A stretch of DNA of 64,000 nt. Origin: Candidatus Latescibacterota bacterium. GTDB lineage: Bacteria > Latescibacterota > UBA2968. The stretch covers positions 320,001 through 384,000 of the forward strand of contig OZ242311.1 in NCBI GenBank assembly GCA_965207885.1, written 5' to 3'. Below are positions 30,546 through 38,122 of the stretch, in pieces (the first letter of the stretch is position 1; each line of letters begins with the position of its first letter). Below the pieces are notes generated by a model. The model was not told the origin of the DNA. It did no database searches and saw only the letters and a program-made list of their open reading frames with translations. The translations under genes and the position numbers were made by a program.

Positions 30546-31627
30546 AATTTCAACAGCCGAAATCCGTGTTCTTCAAAATCCAAATCCGGATCGCGTGCTG
30601 AGGTTACGACCACCTGCCCAAAATCGGGAATCAGGTTCAATACGGCTTTTGCCCGTTTGGGATCGAGTTCTGAAAACACATCGTCCATCAGCAAGACAGG
30701 GCGCCACCCGGTCTGTTGTTCTAAAAATGTGGCTTCGGCCAGTTTCCAGGAGATCAGAACGGTTTTCAGTTGGCCCTGGGACGCGAATTGATGTACAGCT
30801 TTGCCGTCAAGTGTAAAAATCAGATTGTCGCGATGTGGTCCCGTAAGTGTATATCGCAGTTCGACTTCCTGTGGCAACCGGGTCGTCAGCGCGTCGAAGA
30901 GTATTTCCCTACCCTGATCGCGCGTTTCCAGGGATATGGGACTGCGGTAATTCGCTTTCATTTTTTCTGCTGTGGGCGCGATGGTCCGATAGTATTCAGA
31001 TAGAAGATGTTGTATATCATTCAGCGCTTCGAGACGGCGAGATATTATGCGAGCACCTAAATTGGATAATTGCTCATTCCACGGTTCAACTTGTTCGGGA
31101 TGTGATAAAAGTGCTGAACGGCGGTCTTTTAACAACCGATTGCGCTGTGCCAACACGCGCTGATACCCTTCCAAATCAGACAAATAGGACGCGCTTGATT
31201 GCGAAACGAGAATATCTAAAATGCGGCGGCGCTGAGCCGGTTCGCGCAATACGAGATCTACATCTTCGGGAGAAAATAAAACAGCGTTGAATGCGCCAAT
31301 GAGGTCCGAAAGGCGGGGAAGAGAGGTCTCTGCAACAGAGGCTTGTTTTTTGCCAATAAGGGGATCGTAGGCAATGCGAATGGGGAAGGAACGATCTTCG
31401 CGCTCAATCTGGGCTTCGATCACAAAATAGTTAGCACCCCACCTGAGCACATCCCGATCTCTGGCACCACGACCCGATTTGGCCAGTGCCAAAAAATACA
31501 ACGCTTCTAAAACATTTGATTTGCCGCGGGCATTATCTGCCCAAATTGCCGTTTTTGCCTGATCAAATGTAAATTCAGCATGCTCAAAGTTTCGAAAATT
31601 GGTGAGTTTAAGTGAGGAGACATACAT
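30542..31627 (-). CDS. recF: DNA replication/repair protein RecF
   Basis: NFRNF, GKSNVLEA, FSPED, GPHRD, ASQGQ, LLMDDVFSELD. Confidence 0.96.
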   Translation of the reverse strand: MYVSSLKLTNFRNFEHAEFTFDQAKTAIWADNARGKSNVLEALYFLALAKSGRGARDRDVLRWGANYFVIEAQIEREDRSFPIRIAYDPLIGKKQASVAETSLPRLSDLIGAFNAVLFSPEDVDLVLREPAQRRRILDILVSQSSASYLSDLEGYQRVLAQRNRLLKDRRSALLSHPEQVEPWNEQLSNLGARIISRRLEALNDIQHLLSEYYRTIAPTAEKMKANYRSPISLETRDQGREILFDALTTRLPQEVELRYTLTGPHRDNLIFTLDGKAVHQFASQGQLKTVLISWKLAEATFLEQQTGWRPVLLMDDVFSELDPKRAKAVLNLIPDFGQVVVTSARDPDLDFEEHGFRLLKL

Positions 31628-32802
31628 CAGTCATTGAGCCGCAAGGGCATAAGGAGACATAGATAGTCTTCGCCTTCGAGTTGTTCACCAGGCCTGATGA
31701 TTCCCGCGGCAACAGCACTGTCGAGTTCAAAGAGGATTTCGTCACAGTTAATGCGCCGGAGCACGTCTTGTAGATAGCCGGAATTATATCCAATAGTCAT
31801 TTCATCTTCATCGTATTCAACGCCCATAGATTCGCGTGCTTCGCCTCCTATTTCCTGGCTGGTCGCTGATAATGCGAGTTCATCCTTTTTGAGTTCGAGC
31901 CGCAATTGATGGGTCTGCGCACTTGCCAGAATGGAGACGCGCCGCACCGCAGGCAGCAATTGGCTGTTCGAAACGCGAAGGCGCTTACCGTTGTTTTGGG
32001 GAATCACCTGTTCGTAATCGACATAGGGACCTTCAATCAGTCGAGAGAAGATCTGGATGGCGTCTTCGTCGCCCAATGAAAAAAGTACATGGCTTTGCCC
32101 GAGTTGTACTTTTTGAAGATCTGACCCTCCCCCCATGAGTTTTACCACCTGATTCAAAGCATGAGGGGGGACAATGGCCTCTCTGTTGTTATCGGGTAAC
32201 CCATCCTGAATCCGCGAATATTTGACCAGACGGTGACCATCTGTTGCCACCATGGTCATGCGTCCATTGCCAACCTGCCAGAGCACCCCTGTGAGTACCG
32301 GGCGGGTTTCATCGCGAGATACAGCAAAGATCGTCTTAGAAATCATTTCGCTGAGGACATTGCTATCAGCCGAAGAATCCTGAGCATCCTCATCTTCATC
32401 GGATAAAAACGCGATCTCGGGACCATCGATCTCCGTAGGCAAGTCGGGAAAATCGTCAGATGGCACCGACATCAAGGCATAAGTTCCTTCGGCACCACTT
32501 TGGCGCTGGAGCGTTACACGACCTTCTTCTGCGGTGAGGGATAGGGATTCTTCGGGCAACTCGCGCACAATTTCTGAGAATTTGCGCGCTGGCACCGTTG
32601 TTGCCCCGGGGGCTTCGATGGTGGCCGAAAGTTTGCAGGTTATTGATATATCGAGATCTGTGGCACTCAAACACACATCGCTACCATTGTTTGCATCTAT
32701 CAGGATATTGGACAATACTGGCAATGCGGTTTTGGAGGGCACGATATCGATCACAGCCTGGATACCTTTGAGGAGTTCATCTTTTTCTATTGATACTTTC
32801 AT
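31627..32802 (-). CDS. dnaN: DNA polymerase III beta clamp
   Basis: LPVLSNIL, ATDLD, DETRPVLTGV, VATDGHRL, RLIEGPY, LLMPLR. Confidence 0.97.
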   Translation of the reverse strand: MKVSIEKDELLKGIQAVIDIVPSKTALPVLSNILIDANNGSDVCLSATDLDISITCKLSATIEAPGATTVPARKFSEIVRELPEESLSLTAEEGRVTLQRQSGAEGTYALMSVPSDDFPDLPTEIDGPEIAFLSDEDEDAQDSSADSNVLSEMISKTIFAVSRDETRPVLTGVLWQVGNGRMTMVATDGHRLVKYSRIQDGLPDNNREAIVPPHALNQVVKLMGGGSDLQKVQLGQSHVLFSLGDEDAIQIFSRLIEGPYVDYEQVIPQNNGKRLRVSNSQLLPAVRRVSILASAQTHQLRLELKKDELALSATSQEIGGEARESMGVEYDEDEMTIGYNSGYLQDVLRRINCDEILFELDSAVAAGIIRPGEQLEGEDYLCLLMPLRLND

Positions 32803-33054
32803 GAATGCGTCTCTCCCAAGCGCGTGAAGCCCTTTGTAAATGATTTTTTGAGGTGTTGTATAGCGCGTTTTTTTGAGGTCAAAAGTGGATGATTTTTTGT
32901 TCAATTACAGACATCATAATTTACTGAATTTTAACGATTTTGTCAACCTTGCTTTTTGTCCGAAAACCCTCTGTGTCCCAAAGAGTTGTCAGGAAAAAAA
33001 AGAACAACTTAAATGGTTAAAAATTCACGTCTTGCCGTATCCTTTGTAATAACC

Positions 33055-33083
33055 TTGACATGTGCATCATTTGTGCATATATT
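33055..33083 (+). promoter_or_regulatory. Sigma70 promoter of brnTA
   Basis: TTGACA-17-TATATT with TGTGCA repeats in the spacer. Confidence 0.75.
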
Positions 33084-33089
33084 TGTTTT

Positions 33090-33371
33090 ATGAATTATCA
33101 ATGGGATCCAGAAAAAGCAGAATCAAATTTCCATACACATGGTGTTGATTTCGCTGACTCAATAGGCGTATTTGAGGATATCTGGGCATTGACCTTGAGA
33201 GAAGAGATTGTATCGGGTGAGCAACGATTTGCCACTCTTGGGACCGATTTCTTTGGACGAATTTTGGTTGTCGTTTATACATATCGAGACGAAGACATCC
33301 GTTTAATTTCCGCTCGTCCCGCAACGCGTCGGGAAAGGAGAATATATGAGCAAAAAAGAATATCATTTTGA
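33090..33371 (+). CDS. BrnT-family toxin
   Basis: WDPEKA..N..HGVDF, EQRFATLG, VVVYTYR, IRLISARPA. Confidence 0.92.
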   Translation: MNYQWDPEKAESNFHTHGVDFADSIGVFEDIWALTLREEIVSGEQRFATLGTDFFGRILVVVYTYRDEDIRLISARPATRRERRIYEQKRISF

Positions 33372-33606
33372 GACCGCCCAACAAGGCCCTGTCGTTCAGC
33401 CACCACCCGGCAAAACGCGCATCACCATTCGCCTTGACACAGACATTCTGAATTGGTTTAAGAAACAGGTTCACGAAGCAGGGGGCGGAAATTATCAGAC
33501 GCTTGTGAATCAGGCCCTCAGGGAACACATCCAGGCTAACAATGGCGCATTGGAACAAACACTGCGCAAAGTCATTCGCGAAGAACTCGGTTCATACTCA
33601 GTATAG
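33346..33606 (+). CDS. BrnA-family antitoxin
   Basis: KTRITIRLDTDILNWFK, GNYQTLVNQALR; overlaps toxin. Confidence 0.92.
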   Translation: MSKKEYHFETAQQGPVVQPPPGKTRITIRLDTDILNWFKKQVHEAGGGNYQTLVNQALREHIQANNGALEQTLRKVIREELGSYSV

Positions 33607-33675
33607 CAAAAAGAAAAGACGCCATTGCGACTCAGGTATCGGCGTCTTTGTTCATAAATGACAGTGTCGATTCTC

Positions 33676-34692
33676 TCACATCTCCAGGTACGTTCTCAAC
33701 TCATTGGCCAAATTTTCTGCTTCATCCAGAGAAAGGTATGGCACTTTAATGGTTCGAGCGAAGAAAAAGCTCTTTCCAGTAATTTCAGATACTTTTCGAA
33801 AGGGCATGGCAGGTATCTCTTGACCCCTTTCGGGAACTGGAGTAATAAATTCCACAGCCCGATACTTGGCATTTTCATCATCCAGTGACACTATATTACC
33901 TGTTACTCGGCCAGCAGCAACAAGGCCAGTCCATCTGTGTGAAAAGAACACAATGTCACCCGGATAAATATATTCAATAAACCGCTTTGTATTTCCCCAT
34001 GCAGCTACTCGGTTATTTTCTATCATATACCAAATATAGTCTTCATCATAAGTTCTATTAGTATCGAACAACACCCCTTTGGTATCACTTGGGTTCCTGT
34101 GCTTATCATAAGGTAATGCAAAGAACTCAAAATATTGTTCGCCGTTCAGGTCATAGATTCTATACGGCAGAAAGTCGATTGAAATTCCCTGGTTTTTCCA
34201 ATAATCAACAGCATTTATGAGGCTATCGTCTGCGGCACTGCCGATTATTATTAGTCGTTGTTTGTTATTTATTTCTTTTTCGTCCAGTTTATGCTCAAGC
34301 TCAAAAGCCTCTTTGTGCGCCTTGCGTAAATCGGTATCTTCTTTTGTATATTGTCGGTATTTATTTTGCAAGGTTTTGTAACTCCATTGTCCGGCCTCTT
34401 GTGCATAACGTAGAGCCTGATGTACAGCATCTTCCCCAGCAGTTTCTCTTTTTAGTTCAAATATAATCAGTCTGCCTTTTTCATCTAATGCATAGATATC
34501 CGCTTCAGCTTGATATTGCCGCTCTTGAAATATTGGCATTAAACTGGCATCCTCAAATAGAACATCAAGAATGTTCCTCGCTATCAAATCCTCCAGGTCT
34601 TTTTCACGATTTCCAAAGCTAGAAAAATTCTTGAATGCTACGGGTTCGAGTGTATTGAACTTCCCGTCAGTTGAGCCAAGTTTGTACAGCAT
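33676..34692 (-). CDS. PD-(D/E)XK nuclease (NucS/Mrr-like) with C-terminal EVE/PUA-like domain
   Basis: EKDLE..ADIYALD..IIFELKR..QALRY nuclease pattern; C-terminal PGDIVFF..GLVAAGRV resembles EVE/PUA-like readers (inference). Confidence 0.7.
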   Translation of the reverse strand: MLYKLGSTDGKFNTLEPVAFKNFSSFGNREKDLEDLIARNILDVLFEDASLMPIFQERQYQAEADIYALDEKGRLIIFELKRETAGEDAVHQALRYAQEAGQWSYKTLQNKYRQYTKEDTDLRKAHKEAFELEHKLDEKEINNKQRLIIIGSAADDSLINAVDYWKNQGISIDFLPYRIYDLNGEQYFEFFALPYDKHRNPSDTKGVLFDTNRTYDEDYIWYMIENNRVAAWGNTKRFIEYIYPGDIVFFSHRWTGLVAAGRVTGNIVSLDDENAKYRAVEFITPVPERGQEIPAMPFRKVSEITGKSFFFARTIKVPYLSLDEAENLANELRTYLEM

Positions 34693-35013
34693 AACATCTT
34701 CTCCTTTCGTCTATAATAGTCAAGATTGAGCTCGGTCCTTTCGGAGACCGAAACCATAGCATTTAACTGGCAGGAAGTTGTATAGATGATTCGGGATTAA
34801 CGGGTTATTGACGTGGAGCAGAAGGGTCTATTCCCCCAAATTTTTGAGTGAATTTACCTGTAATTCAGGCTTGTTACCTTAGTCCTTTTCGCTGTTGAGG
34901 CATGTAGAAAATGTGTTGTTTCGCCAGCAAGTATTTACTATAACAGCGAAAATTGGTGAGGAGATATTACCAGTATCCCCTCACTGAGGTTTTCATCTGA
35001 AAGGAAACAAGCT

Positions 35014-35925
35014 ATGAGTATTATTAAAGTGGTGGAAAAGTTCAAAAGTCAAGAGGATTGTATAGAGTTCCTTGAGTATTTGAGGTTCAACGACAATCCG
35101 TATTGTCCTCTGTGCAGTAGTCACAATGTAAGCAGGAAGAATCCGCAGGACAAAACAGAACGCTGGAGATGTCGAAGCTGTCGAAGTTCATTTAATGTCC
35201 TATCTGGAACAATATTCAGTGGAACGAGGACGCCTTTGAGAATCTGGTTTCTCGCAATCGTCTTGATGACTCACTCAAAGAAAGGAATATCGAGCTATAC
35301 GCTGGCAGAACTGCTTGATATATCACAAGATAACGCTTGGAGAATACAGGACAAGATAAGGCAAGAGATGTATGCTGAAGTCAACGAAACGCTTGTGCAA
35401 GCAATTACTGGAATATCTGAAATGGACGAGTCGTATGTGAGCATTAAAACAGAGTATCCACATAGTTCTTGGACAGACAAAATGGCAATTCTCGGAATTG
35501 TTTCAAGAAACGGCAAATTATCCGCTCGTAGGGTATATAGCACTGACACAGAAACGATGCAATGGTTTGCCTCCCAATACCTCGACCTGAACAACTCGAC
35601 GCTTTATACTGACCAATATCGCGGATACAACAAAATGAAAGAAATTGTAGAACAGGCGTATGTAAAAAGAAGGTACGGGAAATTTATTGACGATATACAT
35701 ACAAATAATATTGAGAGTCTTTGGGCAGTTGTCAAACGTACGTTCAAAGGAACGTATCATCATTGCAGCGAGGAACGTATAAATTGGTATCTCGCTGAAA
35801 CCTCGTTTAGATATAATTGGAAGCATTTGGATAAAGAGTCAGTATTTAGATATTTTCTCAAATTCTGTCTGTTCAAGCATCGTGATATAGCATATCACGT
35901 TATGAATGATAGCTGGTTGCTATGA
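35014..35925 (+). CDS. IS1595-family transposase
   Basis: Zn ribbon CPLC..CRSC, KKGISS HTH, EMDESY, YTDQY, HTNNIES, FRYN. Confidence 0.93.
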   Translation: MSIIKVVEKFKSQEDCIEFLEYLRFNDNPYCPLCSSHNVSRKNPQDKTERWRCRSCRSSFNVLSGTIFSGTRTPLRIWFLAIVLMTHSKKGISSYTLAELLDISQDNAWRIQDKIRQEMYAEVNETLVQAITGISEMDESYVSIKTEYPHSSWTDKMAILGIVSRNGKLSARRVYSTDTETMQWFASQYLDLNNSTLYTDQYRGYNKMKEIVEQAYVKRRYGKFIDDIHTNNIESLWAVVKRTFKGTYHHCSEERINWYLAETSFRYNWKHLDKESVFRYFLKFCLFKHRDIAYHVMNDSWLL

Positions 35926-36002
35926 TCATTAGAAGGAAGCCCGTTTATTGTAGAAGTCCATTTTAGTTTGACAGATTCGGATAGGTAGTTATCTTTCTAA
36001 AC

Positions 36003-36218
36003 GTCACAATCACGGCGGACCCGCTATGTCGGGTATCTGCTAAATACAACAACTCATTAAGCGATTTGGGGTAGCTCCCTGAATCCGAGTGAATAGGTAG
36101 AACTATCCCGCATTTTAAATCCGCGTGACTGTGACAATACCCGACACTTTTCGGTGTCGAGGCAGAAATCACGAACGGAGGACAGAATGCGGTATTTTTA
36201 TTCACAATAAGGATTCAG
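36003..36218 (+). ncRNA. Candidate structured leader RNA (two alternative folds)
   Basis: Several 6-16 bp complementary segments (see findings) downstream of TTGACA-16-TATCTT at 35968-35995. Confidence 0.55.
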
Positions 36219-36219
36219 A

Positions 36220-36588
36220 ATGAGCGAGAATCAACAATCGAAAGAAGATTCGGAAACTATCTTCTGCTGGCAAAATCTGAAATTGTCACCTAAGATATTC
36301 TGGATTGCTATGATCGTGGCGATAGGAGGTGTTTGGATCAGATTTGATAACACACTATATGCTTTTACTTTAGGTCCGTTGGTAGCTGTTGGAGGATGGA
36401 TTTTATACCTCTGGTATTTCCTGCCGATGATCCTATCGCACAGGAGAAACCATCCCAAGAAGTACCAACGAGTAGTGACAATTATTAACTTCTTTCTTGG
36501 TTGGACTACAGTAGGATGGATTGTAGCACTATTTCTCGCCTTCGCACCTAAAATAAAGGAAGATAAAAATGAGGAAATGGGAATATGA
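36220..36588 (+). CDS. Superinfection immunity (T4 Imm-like) membrane protein
   Basis: YFLPMIL..RRNH..IINFFLGWTTVGWIVAL matches the Imm_superinfect pattern; extra N-terminal TM helices. Confidence 0.82.
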   Translation: MSENQQSKEDSETIFCWQNLKLSPKIFWIAMIVAIGGVWIRFDNTLYAFTLGPLVAVGGWILYLWYFLPMILSHRRNHPKKYQRVVTIINFFLGWTTVGWIVALFLAFAPKIKEDKNEEMGI

Positions 36589-36754
36589 AGTTATAGACTG
36601 TCTTTTAACGGATTTGAAGAAGCAGATGAACTTGAAAAAGCACCTAAAAGAAACCAAGAAAGATAGATTCAAAGTAAAACCGATGGGGTTGGCTACCTAC
36701 GAGGAAGACGGTCAAACAAAATGTGTTCTGGCGTACGGTTGGAAGAGAAGATAG
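36569..36754 (+). CDS. Small hypothetical protein
   Basis: 61-aa ORF overlapping the Imm-like gene end, MRKWEYEVI start. Confidence 0.55.
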   Translation: MRKWEYEVIDCLLTDLKKQMNLKKHLKETKKDRFKVKPMGLATYEEDGQTKCVLAYGWKRR

Positions 36755-36866
36755 ATACTTGACAAAGTTTCAGAGTGTGATATTTTGGAGAAGGTGGGCA
36801 GGGCAACCCAACCAAGAACCGCTCTGCCCGTAGCCGATCATAACCCTGCCCTATAAAGGAACCAAT

Positions 36867-37019
36867 ATGACCGACCAGAAATCAGTTGAAAGAGACCAGA
36901 GAATTGCAGAATTGAGACGTGAATTGCAAGACTTAACAAACGAGAAGAACCGTGTAGAAACCGCACCTATCTTGGCGAGATTTAGAGAAATGCAGAAGAT
37001 ATTACCTTGGATGAAGTAG
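36867..37019 (+). CDS. 50-aa coiled-coil microprotein (absent from ORF track)
   Basis: MTDQKSVERDQRIAELRRELQDLTNEKNRVETAPILARFREMQKILPWMK; SD AAAGGA, own promoter (TTGACA 36759) and terminator. Confidence 0.6.
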   Translation: MTDQKSVERDQRIAELRRELQDLTNEKNRVETAPILARFREMQKILPWMK

Positions 37020-37042
37020 GTATCGGAAACAAACGCAATTTT

Positions 37043-37078
37043 AATCCGCCTTAAAGAAATTGAGGCGGATTTTTATTT
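37043..37078 (+). terminator. Intrinsic terminator near IS right end
   Basis: AATCCGCCTTAA-AGAAA-TTGAGGCGGATT then TTTATTT. Confidence 0.8.
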
Positions 37079-37251
37079 ACCCTACTGTTTTTACTGAAGA
37101 TGACTAATTGCGCCAACTACCCGTTGTTCCCGATGATTCCTTTCGCTCCTCCCTGCCGTGACTGTGATTCTGAGGTATGCGCCATTAGGATATAGCATTA
37201 AGAGAGCAGTTGTGAAAAAAATGGTCTAACTTGGGTCGGGTGGGGCGCACT

Positions 37252-37875
37252 TCAGGCTATAGACTTTAGCGAACTTTTAATGTCTTTTTTTAAGTCACTG
37301 GCTCGGGCACCGGATTGAATAAAATTTTTAACATGGCTACGCCAAAATTTAGATCCAAATTTGCAATTGTACTTTAGTATTAGATGCTCTGTAAGATCAA
37401 TAACAGACCTAAAGACAGTCATGTTTAGCGTTATGTCAAATCCCTGTTGGTCTGCTTTTATCAGTACAGTCAAAATAGCCTCCAATCGTCTGGTGGCAGC
37501 ATTATTGTCGGACTTGATACCAAGATCATGGAAACGGATTCGTTCCTCCATATTAGTCGCCCATCTTTCATAGTGTTCTGTTAGTGAGCTAACAGCATCT
37601 CCTCGGTTACAGAATTCATCCCAGCGTTGGATAGCGAGACTAAATGTTTTCTCGTAGTTATCAAGCCAGTTATACCTTTTTGTTTCATACAGAGTGTAGG
37701 CGACGAAAATAAGAGCTGGAATGGTTAACAGGCCTCCAACATACGAGCCAAAGCTTCCCCAATCGAATTTATGTGACCCTGGAAATCCTACATGACAGAA
37801 GTAGCAGCCTAACACGGCGCAAACGTAGATGACTACAATCACAAAATAGATGCGCCACTTGGTTCTGTATTTCAT
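37252..37875 (-). CDS. Membrane-anchored hypothetical protein, Abi-like N-terminus
   Basis: Two TM helices around WGSFGSYVGG, resembling the GxFGD-xx-GG motif of putative abortive-infection proteins. Confidence 0.6.
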   Translation of the reverse strand: MKYRTKWRIYFVIVVIYVCAVLGCYFCHVGFPGSHKFDWGSFGSYVGGLLTIPALIFVAYTLYETKRYNWLDNYEKTFSLAIQRWDEFCNRGDAVSSLTEHYERWATNMEERIRFHDLGIKSDNNAATRRLEAILTVLIKADQQGFDITLNMTVFRSVIDLTEHLILKYNCKFGSKFWRSHVKNFIQSGARASDLKKDIKSSLKSIA

Positions 37876-38122
37876 ATATGGTTTCTCCCCTCACAACTCG
37901 GACGCGGTTTCCAGCCAGCCCAAATATGAGAGATTTTTGAAGTAACACCTCTACGGGGATGCCTCTGTTATCCAAAATAGCGTGTTGTGGTCTGTTTGTC
38001 CAGTCCTGTAAAGAGATCCATGACCCTCTCAAGAAGAAGGTCCCTTATCCCACACAAAAACGCTCTTATTCCGAGGAATAAAAACGAAGGTAGGCGTAAG
38101 GCAAGCGAGGGTTTCGGGCAAC

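Larger units (their letters stand above)
34793..37131 (+). mobile_element. IS1595-family element with passenger genes (2339 bp)
   Basis: Imperfect TIRs GGGATTAACGGGTTATTGACG / GGGAACAACGGGTAGTTGGCG; exact 8-bp direct repeat GATGATTC at 34785-34792 and 37132-37139; IS1595 transposase inside. Confidence 0.88.

Noticed and set aside
31510-31550. RecF Walker A lacking the first Gly (ADNARGKS)
   Set aside because: GKS and all other motifs are intact; too weak to infer loss of function
35963-36205. 80-aa minus-strand ORF inside the IS
   Set aside because: No motif or clear SD; overlaps the plus-strand promoter and structured leader
36003-36218. Retron msr-msd or HDV-like ribozyme
   Set aside because: No reverse transcriptase nearby; pseudoknot order fits HDV but there is no room for its P4/J4-2 elements
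33055-38100. Prophage or ICE
   Set aside because: No integrase, structural, replication or conjugation genes
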